Source: the human T2T-CHM13v2.0 reference genome, Homo sapiens
DNA length: 64,000 bases
Assembly (NCBI RefSeq): GCF_009914755.1
Contig: NC_060927.1
Strand: one strand, 5' to 3'
Position numbers and translations under genes: made by a program. The notes beneath the pieces are model-generated. The model was not told the origin of the DNA and did not search any database. It saw nothing but the letters and a program-made list of their open reading frames with translations. This document shows, one piece after another, positions 15,381 to 34,013 of this stretch. Numbering within the stretch: position 1 is the stretch's first letter; every line of letters starts with the position of its first letter.

Positions 15381-17660
15381 TGATATGGTTTGGCTGTGTC
15401 CCCACTCAGATCTCATCTTGAATTCCCATGTGTTGTGGGAGGGACCCAGTGGGAAGTAGTTGAATCACGGAGGCAGGTATTTCCCATGCTATTCTTTTGA
15501 TAGTGAATAAGTCTCGTGAGATCTGATGGTTTTAAAAGGAGGAGTTTCCCTGCTCAAGCTCTCTCTTTGCCTGCTGCCATCCCTGTAAGATGTGACTTGC
15601 CTCTCCTTGACTTCTGCAATGATTTTGAAGCCTCCCCAGCAATGTAGAACCGTAAGTCCATTAAACCTCTTCCTTTTGTAAATTTCCCAGTCTTGAATGT
15701 GTCTTTATCAGCTGTGTGAAAATGGACTAATACAGTAAATTAGTACCAGAAGTGGGATGTTGCTAAAAGATACCTGAATATGTGGAAGTGACTTTGGAAC
15801 TGGGAAACAGGCAGAGGTTGGAACAGTTTGGAGGGCTCAGAAGGAGACAGGAAAATGTGGGAAAATTTGGAAGAGATTTCCTAGAGACTTGCCCAAAATG
15901 CTGATGGTTATATGGACAATAAAGTCTAGGCCAAGGTTGTCTCAGATGGAAATGAGGAACTTGTCAGGAACTGGCACAAAGGTGACTCCTGTTATGTTTT
16001 AGCAAAGAGACTGGTGGCTTTTTGCCCCTGCTGTAGAGATTTGTGGAATTTTGAACTTGAGAGAGATGATTTAGGGTATCTGGTAGAAGAAATTTCTAAG
16101 CAGCAAAGCATTCAAGAGATGACTTGGGTGCTGTTAAAGGCCCTCAGTTTTATAAGGGAAGCAGAGCATGAAAGTTTGGAAAATTTGCAGCCTGAAAATG
16201 CAATTGAAAAGAAAATCCCATTTTCTCAAGAAAAATTCGATCTGGCTGCAGAAATTTGTTTACGTAAGGAGGAGTCAAATGTGAATCCCCAAGACAATGG
16301 GGAAAATGTCTCCATGGCATGTCATAGATCTTCATGGCAGCCCCTCCCATCAAAGGCCCAGAGGAAGAATAGATGGTTTTGTGGGCTGGACCCAGGGCCC
16401 CCCTGCTGTGAGCAGCCTAGGGTTCCTGAGTCCTAGCCACTCCAGCTGCAGCTAAAAGGAGCCAAGGTACAACATGGGCTGTGGCTTCAGAGGGTGCAAG
16501 CCCCAAGCCTTAGCGGCTTCCACATAGTGTTGAGCCTGTGGGTGCACAGAAGTCAAAAATTGAGGTTTGGGAACCACTGCCTAGATATCAGAAGATGTAT
16601 GGAAATGCCTAGACGTCCAGGCAGGAGTTTGCTGCAGGGACAGGGCACTCATGGAGAACCTCTACTAGGGCAGTGCAGAAGGGAAATGTGGGGTCGGAGC
16701 CCCCACATAGAGTCCCTACTGCAGCGCCACCTAGTGGAGATGTGAGAAGAGGGCCACCATCCTCCAGACCGCAGAATGGTGGATTCACTGACAGCTTGCA
16801 CTGTGTGCCTGGAAAAGCTGCAGACACTCAATGCCAACCCATGAAAGGAGGCAGGAGGGGGTTTATACCCTACAAAGCCACAGGAGTGGGGCTGTGGCCT
16901 TTTTTCTCCCAAGGCCATGGGAGCCCACCTCTTACATCAGCATGACCTGCATGTGAGACATGGAGTCAAAGAAGATCATTTTTGAGCTTTGAGATTTGAC
17001 TGCCCTACTGGATTTTGGGCTTGCATGGGGCCTGTAGCCGCTTTGTTTTGGCAATTTTCTCCCATTTGGAATGACTGTGTTTACCCAATGCGTATACCCC
17101 CATTGTATCCAGGAAGTAACTAACTTGTTTTTGATTTTACATGCTCATAGGCAGAAGGGATTTGCCTTGTCTCACATGAGACTTTGGACTGTGGACTTTT
17201 GAGTTAATGCTGAACTTAGTTAAGAGTTTGGGGGACTGTTGGGAAGGCATGATTAGTTTTGAAATGTGAGGATATGAGATTAGGGAAGGGTCAGGGACAG
17301 AATGATATGGTTTGGTTGTGTCCCCACCCAAATCTCATCTTGAATTCCCACATGTTGTGGGAGGGACCTGGTGGGAAGCAATTGAGTCATGGGGGCAGGT
17401 CTTTCCCATGCTGTTCTCATGATAGTGAATACATCTCACAAGGTCTGATGGTTTTAAAGAGGGTAGTTTCCCTGCAGAAGCTCTCTCTTTGCCTGCTGCC
17501 ATCCATGTGAGACATGACTTGCTTCTTCTTGCCTTCCAACTTGATTGTGAGGTTTCCTCAGCTATGTGGAAGTGTAAGTCCATTAAACCTCTTTATTTTG
17601 TAAATTGCCCAGTCTCAGTCAGGTATGTCTTTATCAGCAGTGTGAAAACAGACTAATACA
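15381..17660 (+). mobile_element. Complete THE1 (MaLR, THE1A/B-like): LTR 15381-15734, internal region, LTR 17303-17660
   Basis: Both LTRs run TGATATGGTTTGG...GACTAATACA; perfect 5-bp TSD CCTTT; internal peptide AFCPCCRDLWNFELERDDLGYLVEEISKQQSIQE. Confidence 0.95.
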
Positions 17661-17924
17661 CCTTTGTTCTTTTTTTCTCTCATTATTTATGGTTGCAGTT
17701 CGGTGGTTTTCTGTAGTGGTGTTGTTTGAATCCTTTCTTCTTTGTGTGTCTGCTCTGCCAGTGAATTTTATACTTTCATGTATTTTCCTGATGGTAGATA
17801 TTGTTCTCTTGCTTCCCAATGTAGGACTCCCTTAAGCATTTCTTCTAGGACCACAACAAACAAGACCCAAACAAACAGTCTTTTTCTTATCTGGGAAATA
17901 CTCTTTTTCTCTTTTATTTATGTA

Positions 17925-18082
17925 TTTCTTTTTTTAGCAATGGAGTCTCACTCTGTCACCCAGGCTGGAGTACAGTCGCATGATCATAGCTCACTGCAGC
18001 CTTGAACTCCTGGGCTCAAATAATCCTCCTGCCTCAGCCTTCTGAGTCTCTGGAATTGCAGATGTGAGCCACTGTGCCAGGC
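17925..18082 (-). mobile_element. Alu monomer (FLAM-like)
   Basis: Single arm ending GAGCCACTGTGCCAGGC. Confidence 0.75.
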
Positions 18083-19095
18083 TCCTTCATTTGTGAAGGA
18101 TATCTTTGCTGGGTATAGTATTTTTGGCTTACATTTTTTTTTTCTTTTTTTTACTTGTAGTATACATCCCCTTTTCTCCTAGCCTGCAAGGTTTCTGCTG
18201 AGAAATCCCGTTAGCCTGATGGAGATTCTAAGTGACTTCATGCTTTTCTCTTGCTGTTTTCAGCATTTTCTCTTTGTCTTTTGACAATTTTACCATAATG
18301 TGCCTTGGAGAAGATCTCTTTGAGTTGTATTTATTTGGTAATCTTTGAGCTTCCTGTATTTGGAAGCTTTCAGGAAGTTTTCAGTTATTATTTTATTAAA
18401 TGGGTTTTCTATGCCTTTACCCATCTCGTCTCCATCCAGAACTCCCAGAATTTCAGTTTTTGGTCACATATGTGTCCCATATATCATGTAGCCTTCCTTC
18501 ATTCTTTTTTCTTTCTTTTTGTCTGACTGGATTATTTTAAAAGACTAGGCTTCAGGTTCAGAAATTCTTTGTTTTGCTTGATCTAGTCTATTGTTAAAGC
18601 TGTCAATTATCTTTTGTATTTCTTTCAATGATTTATTCTTTTCCAGGATTTGTGTTTGGTTCTTTGTTATGCTGTCTATCTCTGTTGAATTTCTCATTCA
18701 GATCATGAATTGTTTTCCTGACTTTTTATATTCATTATCTGTGTTCTCTTGTATCTCCCTGACTTTCTTTAATAACATTATTTTGAATTTTTCTCAGTCA
18801 TTTCATAGATTTTCTTTTCTTTGGAATCTGTTGCTGGAGAATTATTGTGCTTCTTTGGAGATGTTATGTTTCCTTTTTCATCTTTCTTGCATCCTTATGT
18901 GACTATCTGTGCCTTTGACATAACAGTCACTTCTTCCAATTTTATGGATTGGCTTTTATATGGGAAAACCTTTTCTTATAGCTGTAGCTACAGTATTCAT
19001 TGGATATCACACTTTGGCTTTGATTCTGGGTGGGTACAGTGGCATAGTCTGCATATGATTTCTTCAGCTGTAATTGGCATGAGTGGTGTCTGTGA

Positions 19096-19437
<342 letters not shown>

Positions 19438-20065
19438 AGACTGCAGTTGTTATTTGAGGCTGTGATGAGGCTTTGCTGAGGATGGGGATGCCAGGAAGTC
19501 TTGTCCTTCAGCATCAGTGGTAGTGGTGGTGGACCAGGTTTGTCAATACTAGGGACCATGGGCAGTGTATATGGGCACTGATGATAGCCTGTCTACGTGG
19601 GCCAATCCTTGGGCCCCCAGGTGGCTTCTTTGGTTGCTGGCAGTGGCAGCACTGGGCCAGGCGGGCAGGTGCGCCACTGGGCTCCTGGGTGGCGTGTGTG
19701 GCAGTCTGATCTATAGTTCTCCAGGTGATGTGTGCAGGTTCTGGTGGTGGGTAGACAGGTGTTTACTCAGGCCTCTCAGTAGTAAGTGTGAGCGCTAGCT
19801 CTGGAGGCAGGTGAGTCAATCTCTAGGCCCCCAGATGGTACACTCAGGCCTCAGCATATTCCTATGCATTTCTAGATAAAAGTATTTTTCAGAAAACCTG
19901 AGCATATGTCCTATTAATACAAACTGCCCTCATCAGCTCTGCATGAGAAGAAGGGGGAATTCCCTCAGTAGAACTGTCAGAATGGAATCACAGACTTGTT
20001 TTGAGCCAGTCACTGGTAAGGGGGATTAGGCTAAAATGATAAGCTCAGAATCTAAACCTTAGACT

Positions 20066-20285
20066 AGGGAATGGCAAACTTTTTCCATAAAGAGGCAAAC
20101 GGTAATATTTTAGGCTTTTGGTCTAGATAACCTCTGTTGCAGTGACGCAGTGGTGCCATCATAGCCTAAAAGCATATGTAGACAAGGCATAAATGAATGG
20201 ACCTGGGTTTATTCCAGTAAAACTTAATTTATACAAACAGTCAGAGGGCCAGATTTGGCCCTTGGTCTATAGTTTGCCAACCCTG
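20066..20285. mobile_element. MER58-like hAT DNA transposon fossil
   Basis: Inverted termini GGCAAACT...AGTTTGCCAACCCCTG; internal AATATTTTAGGCTTT and CCAGATTTGGCCC. Confidence 0.8.
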
Positions 20286-20402
20286 TTTAGAACAGTCACG
20301 ATTTATTCCCTGGGGCTGGGCCAACTTTTTCTTAAAAAAAAAAAAAAAAAGAAAGCAACCCACTGTCAGAATAAAATAGGGTTTCTATTTAAAAAGAAGA
20401 AG

Positions 20403-20712
20403 AGGCTGGGTGTGGTGGCTCATGCCTATAATCCTAGCACTTTGGGAGGATGAGGCAGGAGGACTGCTTGAGGCCAGGAGTTTGAAACCAACTTGGGCAA
20501 TATAGTGAGACCCTGTCTCTGCAAATAATAAAAAAATTAGCCAGGCATGGTGGCACATGTCTGTAGTCTTAGCTAGACAGGAGGCTGAAGGGGAAGATCA
20601 CTTGAGCCCAGGATTTTGAGGTTACAGTGGCAAACTGTTTGCCTCTGACTGTACCACTTCTACTCTAGCCTAGGCAAAGGGGGAGAACCCAGAAACAAAC
20701 AAACAAACAAAA
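20403..20712 (+). mobile_element. AluJ
   Basis: Diverged dimer with (AAAC)n tail. Confidence 0.88.
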
Positions 20713-20889
20713 AGGTTGGTTGGGGAGGTTGGAGAAGAAAGTATTTCTGAATTTCTGGGTAGGTTACTGGTAGTGTCAGGCCAAACTAGCTCTACAGTCG
20801 TATTCATTATAAATAAAGGCAACTAGAAGATCTCCAATTAGCTATTAAAAATTGGTTAAAATCTACAGAGATAAAGGATGGTGACCCTT

Positions 20890-21290
20890 GTATCAGTTAG
20901 TTGTTGTCACAAAATGCTGCATAACAAGTCACTCCAAATCTCAGTGGCTTAATACAACAATTGTTTATTTTCATGGATCTATGGGTCAGCTGAGGATTGG
21001 TTAATCTGGCATGAGCGTGTCTGGGAAGCTTGACTTTGCTCTTGGTGTCTCTTATCTTCTGCTGGAAGCAGCAGTCTGGCCTGGGCTTGTTCTTTTGGTG
21101 ATAGCAGGAGTGAGTGAGCACAAATGAATGCACACTTTCCAAGTTTTTGGTCATGTAGATTAATATTCCAGTGGCCAAAGCTAGACATGTGACTAAATGC
21201 AACATTAGGGGCTGGAGAAATATACTCCAATTCTTCAGTGGGAGGAGCTGCAGAGACAAATGGCAGAGTCTTGGTTACAGGGAGGACATG
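20890..21290 (-). mobile_element. MLT1-type MaLR LTR
   Basis: TGCTGCATAACAA...CAAATCTCAGTGGCTTAATACAACAA motif. Confidence 0.6.
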
Positions 21291-22019
21291 GATCCATTAA
21301 TGTACCTTAATCAACGGCAACACTCTAACCACCAATACAATTAAATAAGTATTTGTTGAATGCACTTGTGCCTGAATCCTTCTGGCTGCAGCCCAGGCAA
21401 TGGGGGCCTGACTGGGGAGGGACCATAGCAGGGACTCGATGTCCTGCAGGTCTGCATGTAATTGTGTACGGCCGACTCCACATTGGTCATGGCTGACTTG
21501 CTTTGTCCTGCGTCCCCAAGGGGCAACGATTGGCTGATTTTATTTCTGAACAATTTTGACAAAGTTGTTTTCAGGAGCCCAGGAAGCAAATCAGTTGTAG
21601 ATTTGAATTTTGCAGGGGGTCAGAATTGTTGAATATATGTATAGTCTTTTACATGCTGATAATTATTTCCATACCACAAAGAAGGCCGGCTATTAGGAAG
21701 CTGCTGTTCAATTCCTTTGCCCCGTGAACTCATGAGCTGTGTCTATGTGGGGGGCACTCACTTGTTAGAGCTGTTTCCCTTCATAATAATATCAGCCAAC
21801 ATTCTAAATAAATGCAGGAAATTAAATAGTCTTTCCCAGACAGGTACTTTGCCCTTCTAAAGTGAATTACACATTGTAAAATAAAACACAGTCACTTTAA
21901 AAAAACAAAAGGTCTTTGGGTCAGGTTGGTCTGGCTTCAGCAAAGATAATCTTTGCCTCCAGAGTAGAAGATCCTTGGAATCCATGGTATTGCATATGGC
22001 AGCCCCACATCTTGTTTCC

Positions 22020-22810
22020 TTTTCTTTTTTTTTTTGTTTTTAACTAAAAGAATTGACAATTTTATTTTCACATTTCCCAATACAAATGAAAACTGCATCT
22101 TTTTTGGTCCCACTTCTCCCCTCCAAAACTATTCTCTTTGATAGGGCAAGGGGGCAAGTCTTCCTTATGCTGTTAAGAAAACCCAGCATCACAGCCCATG
22201 ATCTCCTGGTGAAGGGAGCAGGTAAATATAAAGTCATATAGGCCGGGCGCAGCTGCTCGCGCCTGTAATCCCAGCACTTTAGGAGGCTGAGGCAAGCAGG
22301 TCATGAGGTCAGGAGATTGAGACCATCCTGGCCAACATGGTGAAACCCTGTCTCTACTAAAATAAAAAAAATTAGCCAGGCATGGTGCGCATGCCTGTAG
22401 TCCCATCTACTCAGGAAGCTAAGGCAGGGGAATCACTTGAATCCAGGAAGTGGAGGTTGCAGTGAGCTGAGATCGTGCCACTGCTCTCCAGCCTGGGCGA
22501 CAGAGGAAGACTCTGTCTCAAAAACAAAACAAAAGAAAAAACACACAACAACAACAACAAAAAAACAACACTGATGTAATGAGGCCTCCCCTCTATCCTT
22601 ATCTGTCTGGTCAAGTCATTCTGGGCTAACTGGGCACCATCATGAGATGGGCAAGAGGTCTCATCATTGGGCACCCAGGCATCATGGGCATGTGGCCTCC
22701 CATGGCAGCCTCATTCCAGGAGCAGGTCCCACTGGCATCATTCCAGGAGGAGGAGGGCCCATCATTGGCATCATGGGAGGGCCTCCCATATGGGGTGCTG
22801 CCATCATACT
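22020..22810 (-). pseudogene. SNRPC: 5'-truncated processed pseudogene of U1 snRNP protein C; 3' UTR split by an Alu
   Basis: [33 protein letters not shown]... continuing with a frameshift to MT*PDR and stop near 22599; 3' UTR resumes 22240-22040 with AATAAA and an A tail on the minus strand. Confidence 0.93.
22241..22570 (+). mobile_element. AluS (Sc-like) in the SNRPC pseudogene UTR
   Basis: GGCCGGGCGC start, GAGACCATCCTGGCCAAC, (CAA)n tail. Confidence 0.9.
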
Positions 22811-23214
22811 GAGATGTGTGAGAAGTGTCAGATACACATTAGATTGTGAGGCCTTAATATAAAAAGAAAGCATTGTGTTAATGTTAAAATAGTTTATACA
22901 TGTAGACCTGGTATTTTGGATAGATTTATTTAAATCTGTGATATTATTCCAATTACCTTCACTTCTTTTGTTTTACTTTTTAAAATATGGTTACTACAAA
23001 ATGCAAAAGTAAATATGTGGCTTGCATCCTATTTCATCACATTTAGTGTGGGCCCTGAGGGTCTAGGGGAGTTATGAGCCTTAAGTTGAGGGTGACCCAG
23101 ATCAACGTGAATTGCTCTGAAAGAGAAGCAAAGGGCATAAAGAGAACGTATAAATGGAGAGAGGGAGCTCAGTCTCGCAGGGTCAGGAAAGGCTTTCTTT
23201 CTTACAGTCTGGCA

Positions 23215-23960
<746 letters not shown>

Positions 23961-24094
23961 GTAAAATCTTCCTTGAAGAGATGACACTTAAGGAGAGGCG
24001 TAGGGGGTGGGATGAGTTCACTAGGCAGAAAATGAGGAACAGCATTTCAGGGTGAGGAACAGCATAGTGAAGTCCCTGAGGTTGATAGGCATAG

Positions 24095-24415
<321 letters not shown>

Positions 24416-24663
24416 AGATTTAAGGTACTTTCAAGAAGTTTGTGTGGTTGAAGCCTGCAGGGCAAGCGAGAGAATCAGGAAATGAGGCTGGAGAAAGAGA
24501 GGGGCTAGGTCATGGAGGATCTCACATTAGGGTGTTGAAACTTCATAGGAGTGGTCCCACCTTGGGCATCCCACGTAACTACTCTGTGTCCCAGCTTCCC
24601 CACTGGTGAAATAAAGGGCTGATGTAGGGATGGACCGAGATAGTGTGTGCTCAGTAAAGGTGA

Positions 24664-24976
<313 letters not shown>

Positions 24977-26046
24977 AAGCTTTTATCATTGTTAACCCAC
25001 AGAGCAGTGGGAGCCATTGAAAGTGAGTGATCTGTTTAGATGCACCTTCTGAAGTGATTGCTTTGGTCCCTGTGAGGAGTGCAGAATGTCACAGGGCCAG
25101 GGGAAAACAGAGGCCAGTCAGGAGGCATTTGCAGTCAGACAGCTGGAGGTGATGGTGGCTTGGTTTATGGTGGTGTCAGGAGAGTGGCTGAGCAGTGAAC
25201 GGATCTGAGAAAGATTTAGGAGGTAAAACCCACGTGACTTGGTCACTGAATGTGGGCTGGGTGGGCTGGAGGGAAGGTAAGAAAGAATGAGAAGAAAAAC
25301 ATACGCAGGTGGGCCCTCCAGCCTAAGGTTACTTGAGGTCCTTTGTGAAGAGGAATGTTTGTGTTTATGATGAAGATGTCTAGACTTTGAAAGGCCATTT
25401 GCAGTACTTTTTTTTTTTTTTTTTTTTACCAGCCAACAACTCCTCCTTCCCTATGCCCTAAACATATGAATTTTTTTTGCCCTAATTTATCACAGAGAGA
25501 TGGACGTTCATTTGCTTTAATGAGAAATGCGGAATGCCACTAAGAAAGCATATTAAATTAATCTAGCTTGTTGTGAGGGAGTTAAATCTGTTTAGATGTG
25601 CACCAGTGTGACTATAATAGTTTGGTCTCAACCCATTTCTGGCCTGCGGCTGCAGGAGGTTGACTCCCAGCTTGCTTTCATTTGAAAGATCCCAGCAACA
25701 AACACATTTGGCATTTCCAGCCAAACCCACTTTGTGCAGCGAAGGAAAAGTTGAGGCGTGCCTCTGTTGTTTTCCCCCAAATCATTAGGCAGAAATGTGG
25801 CTGGGAGCTTCATTGCTGATTTTTTCAGTTTTAATATTGCTGTGGAAAGCCTGTACCAACACTCAGCCATGTTATTCATCCACAGCTCCAGTCTGGGCTG
25901 TGATTTGTTTTTCCTTTGAGTGACACAACCTTATTTTCCATTAAGACTCAATGCAAATAGACACTCATGCAACATCACCATCACTCCCCCTGCTTGGCAG
26001 AGGGAAGTCAATGGAGTGATTCTAGTTTGGTGTTCATATCGGAGGG

Positions 26047-26346
26047 TTTTATTTGTTTATTAATTTTGAGACGGAATCTGTCTCTGTCACTAGGCTGGAG
26101 TGCAGTGGCGCGATCTCGACTCACTGCAACTTCTGACTCCCTGGTTCAAGCGATTCTCCTGCCTCAGCCTCCTGAGTAGCTGGGCTTACAGGCATGTGAT
26201 ACCATGCCCGGCTAATTTTTTGTATTTTTAGTGGAGACGGAGTTTCACCGTGTTAGCCAGGTTGGTCTTGATCTCCTGACCTCGTGATCCGTCCACCTCG
26301 GCCTCCCAAAGTGCTAGGATTACAGGTGTGAGCCACTGCGCCTGGC
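26047..26346 (-). mobile_element. AluS
   Basis: Reverse dimer. Confidence 0.9.
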
Positions 26347-26451
26347 CTGGAGTCGTTTTTAAAAACACATTTCTCTCAAATTAACTCCGGGGTGTCCCAC
26401 TGTGACTTGGGCAAAGGTTTGGATTTTCTGGAGGTGGAAAGTCAAACTTCA

Positions 26452-26684
<233 letters not shown>

Positions 26685-26881
26685 TGTCCTGTGTCCACAC
26701 CCCATGAGGTGTATCAGCTGACTGAAGATAAAATCGGTCACGCTGTGTTGAGATTGGGGTTGCTGTTATCATACCTCATCCCCACCCCTGCTAGGCATCC
26801 ACAAACAGTCATCTTCAATGAGACATCCCTCCTGCCCCTGGCTGCCTTATTTCATCTGCACCCAACCATATCCATTGCTTG

Positions 26882-27823
<942 letters not shown>

Positions 27824-28089
27824 TTACTTGTATTGTTTTCTAGCCTGGCTTTGCCTTTCTGTTTCCCTTCACATCTTTGGGGGTAATTTTTATAATGCAG
27901 TCTAACAACCAGCTGCCTCAAAATGCACTGGGATCCCTCGTAACCAGGTAGCTCCGCATCTCCAACTCCGACCTGCCAAGTCGGAATCTTGTGGGTGGGG
28001 CCAAGGACTGTACATATTGAAACAGGCAGTGACCTGGGAACTATTTCTGAACACCCCTAGGTTTCCCCTGTGTTTGCCCTTTCCTTTCA

Positions 28090-28446
<357 letters not shown>

Positions 28447-28734
28447 GACAGAGATGTTCCTTCCTTTATGGAGCTCTCAGTAAAACAAGAAAGTTCACGA
28501 TGTCCTGGCATTTGTCAGAAATACATTTGGTATATGTAGCTGGGGTCACATGCTTGACATGCCTATTGAAAGCTTCTGGGTAGGAAGAGAACAATCATCA
28601 CAGCATCACAGCCTGGCATAACTGTCTCCCAGGACAGGTCTCCCTGGGGAGACTGAGACCACAACTCTGAAATCAGAGCTCAAATCCAGGTTCTACATTT
28701 CCCTCAGAAATGTACATGATGTAAGACAGTTTTT

Positions 28735-30137
<1,403 letters not shown>

Positions 30138-30169
30138 AATTTTGGTATTTTTAGTAGAGTTGGGGTTTG

Positions 30170-30318
30170 CTGAATGCAGCCCCCAGTCACATACTCCCTG
30201 CTTGGTCAATCGATCACGACCCTCTTATGATCACGACCCTCTCACACGGACCCCCTTAGAGTTGTGAGCCCTTAAAAGGGACAGGAATTTCTCACTTGGG
30301 GAGCTGGGTTGTTAGAGA
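30170..30318 (+). mobile_element. LTR2 (HERV-E) internal LTR fragment
   Basis: CAATCGATCACGACCCTCT...GGACCCCCTTAGAGTTGTGAGCCCTTAAAAGGGACAGGAATT. Confidence 0.75.
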
Positions 30319-30476
30319 CGTGTGCCACCACGCCCAGCTAATTTTTGTATTTTTAGTAGAGATGGGGTTTCACCATGTTGGTTGCCCAGCATAGTCTCGA
30401 TCTCTTGACCTCGTGATCTGCCCAACTCGGCCTCCCAAAGTGCTGGGATTACAGGCGTGAGCCACTGCACCCAGCC
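30318..30476 (-). mobile_element. Alu 5' half
   Basis: CCACCACGCCCAGCTAATTTTTG...GAGCCACTGCACCCAGCC. Confidence 0.88.
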
Positions 30477-30607
30477 CAGAGAAGGCTTTTCATACTTGCT
30501 TCACAGGCTCCTGCATCCTACCGCAGCACCAGGTGCTCACCACCTGTGGGCTGTGCTCATCTGTGATCATCTCTCCTCAGGCCTGCTGTTCCTTGAGAAA
30601 GGAAGTT

Positions 30608-31185
30608 GTAATGGGCAGAATTCTAGGACAGCCCCCAAGAGACCCACTCCCTTATATCTGCTCCCTGTATCATCTCTTCTTCTTGAGTGTGTCCAGAGCT
30701 TGTGATTTGGCCAAGGGGAAGGAATTTTGCAAATGTGATTATGGTCACACTTGCTTTGTTAAGCACATTTGCTCAGCTGACTTTGAGTTCATCCAAAGCA
30801 GGATGATCTTAGGTGGGCCAGACCTAATCATATGAGCCTTTTAAAGGTGAGGTTTCAGAGATTCAACCCTTAGCCTCCAAGGAGACACAAATGGCCATGC
30901 TGTGAGCTGTCTTTGGAGGTGGCAGCTCTAGGTGCTGAGGGCCTTCGTTCAACAATTGCAAGAAATTGAATTCAGTCCACAAACTGAATAAGCTTGGAAG
31001 AGGACCCTGAGCATCTGATGAGAGCCCAGCTCCAGCTGACACTCTGGTTGCAGTATTGTGACCCTGAATAGAAGGCCCAGTTAAACCCTGCCCAGACCCT
31101 TGGCTCATGAAAAGAGATAATAACTGGGTGGTGTTTAAGCTGCTCAGTTTGCACTGGTAAATCCACCAACAGGAAAGTAATATAG
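30608..31185 (+). mobile_element. MLT1-type LTR
   Basis: TGTAATGGGCAGAATTCTAGGA...GACCTAATCA...TGTTTAAGCTGCTCAGTTTG...TAATATA. Confidence 0.7.
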
Positions 31186-31195
31186 AAGTTAAGTG

Positions 31196-31490
31196 GGCCG
31201 GGCATGGTGGCTCATGCCTGTAATCCCAACACCTTGGGAGGCTAAGGTAGGTGGATCACAAGGTCAAGAGATCGAGACCATCCTGGCCAACATGGTGAAA
31301 CCCCACCTCTACTAAAAATACAAAAATTAGCCAGGTGTGGTGGCACACACCTGTAGTCCCAGCTACTCAGGAGGCTGAGGCAGGAGAATCACCTGAACCC
31401 AGGGGGTGGAGGTTGCAGTGACCCGGGACCATGCCACTGCACTCCAACCTGGTCAACAGAGAGAGACTCCATCTCAAAAAAAAAAAAAAA
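31196..31490 (+). mobile_element. AluS (Sc-like)
   Basis: Dimer plus A tail. Confidence 0.9.
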
Positions 31491-31859
31491 ATGTTAAACG
31501 AATACTTTTGAGCATTGATGGAAGTTGCTTTCATTCCCTCTTACTTAATCATCTTTATCTTAGCCCTGAAAGAGGGATGCTTTAACCCCATTTGTAACAA
31601 GTGAGTCTGAGGCCCAGGAAAGTGATAGAATTTAGCAAAGTCCACCTTGCTACCTGGTGGCTGCAGCTAGAACTTAACCCCAGGTCCATATACCTTAAGT
31701 CATTACAACTTCCACTAAAATTTTGCCCCTCTCTCCATGCCTTCCTGTTTAGAAGCCTGTTCCTTCAGGGATAGTTCCCAACCCAGTGTTACAAGGTACT
31801 GAATTCTGATTTTCACAAAATATAGTAACTCCACCCCAAAATTGATAATTGTATTTTTG

Positions 31860-32158
<299 letters not shown>

Positions 32159-32432
32159 CTATTTTTGAGTCCTTATGTGTCAACCACTGGGCTATCCCAA
32201 CACCAATAGATATTATGATTATGATTTTCTTTTCCATTTTATTGATGTGGAAACCAACACATAGAAAGGTAAAGGAACTTGCCAAAGGTGATGGTCACAC
32301 AGCCGAAGAACTGTAGAAGTAGCACAGGAATCCCAGCAAACTCACAGCCAAGCTCTACTTTTCACCTTCACGTCATACTGTCCTCAGACTAAAACCGTAA
32401 CTCTGACGTTCCCAATCAAAAATCATACTCAA

Positions 32433-32729
32433 GGCCGGGTGCGGTGGCTCACGCCTGTCATCTCAGCACTTTGGGAGGCCAAGGCAGGTGGATAACCTGA
32501 GGTCAGGAGTTCCAGACCAGCCAAGCCAACATGGTGAAACCCCATCTCTACTAAAAATACAAAACTTAGCCAGGTGCAGTGGTGGGTGTCTGTAATCCCA
32601 GCACTTTGGGAGGCTGAGGCATGAAAATCACTTGAACCCAGGAGGCAGAAGTTGCAGTGATCCATGATCATGCCACTGCACACCAGTCTGGGCAAGAGAG
32701 TGAGACTCTGTCTCAAAAGAAAAAAAAAA
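32433..32729 (+). mobile_element. AluS
   Basis: Dimer plus A tail. Confidence 0.9.
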
Positions 32730-33149
32730 CTGTGCTTAATAATAGCTTAGAAGTGCACATATCTTCTGTGAAGGTTGATGGACTACAATTAGCTTCAAAA
32801 CACAAATAAGTAACTGTGTTTAAATGAGGCCTTCTGTGTAATAGCTAGGGAAAATCAATGTAGCTATTCATATTTTGGTTCCCCTTCCAGGCACAGAGAA
32901 GTTGCCCATGACTCTGTGATCCGTTTTGTCCGATGAACCATGAGCAGGAGCAACTTGAGTCACCTCCAGGTGGAAGTGTTAAGAGGCTCTGTGATCCAGC
33001 ACATTCCCTTTCCCCTGAAGTGGTGATCAAGGACACATGCAGAGATGGGGCTTTTGTCAGCCTGGATCCCTGAGTGAACACAATGAACAGACCACCCCAC
33101 AATGCCCTAACACAGCCCAGACATGCAACATGACCAAGAATAAGCCTCA

Positions 33150-33440
<291 letters not shown>

Positions 33441-34013
33441 TACCTCACCGCATGGAGCCACTGAGATTTGGGGGTTGTTGTTACTGCATCAGAACCCAAA
33501 TCATCCTGACCACTAGACTGTCCTAACTAGGGTTTCTTACCAAAAGCAAAGGCATTTTTAAAGTTCGTGACATTTAAACAAAAGAGCAAATACCAATATC
33601 TGCCACTTTGTCAGGCTAACAAACCCAAACAAAGCCAACAGCCAGAAGTTAAAAGAAACGGATCATTAGGTTGAAAACAGAACTGTCAAAACAGGCAAAA
33701 TTGACTTTGTTTAGTGATTGCAAAGAACATCAGGCAAGACACAGGTGTGGTCATCATATAATTTATCACATGCTTAATTGCACATGTTTGACTAAGAAAA
33801 ACACAAAGTATTTAAGCTCATCTGTAGTTCAAAGTGCCTATCCGTGTATTTGTCCATTCATCCTGATTTATTTATTGAGCAACTCTTTTGTACCAGGCAC
33901 TGTGCTGGGTGGTGGTAATGCAATGATGAAAATGGCAGGCATGGCTCTGCCCTCCAGGAGTTTCTAGGATACAGAGGGAGACAAACAAAAAATAAGTAAA
34001 TCCATGAAAGAAG

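Noticed and set aside
16014-16436. 140-aa ORF as a host gene
   Set aside because: It is the degenerate THE1 internal ORF.
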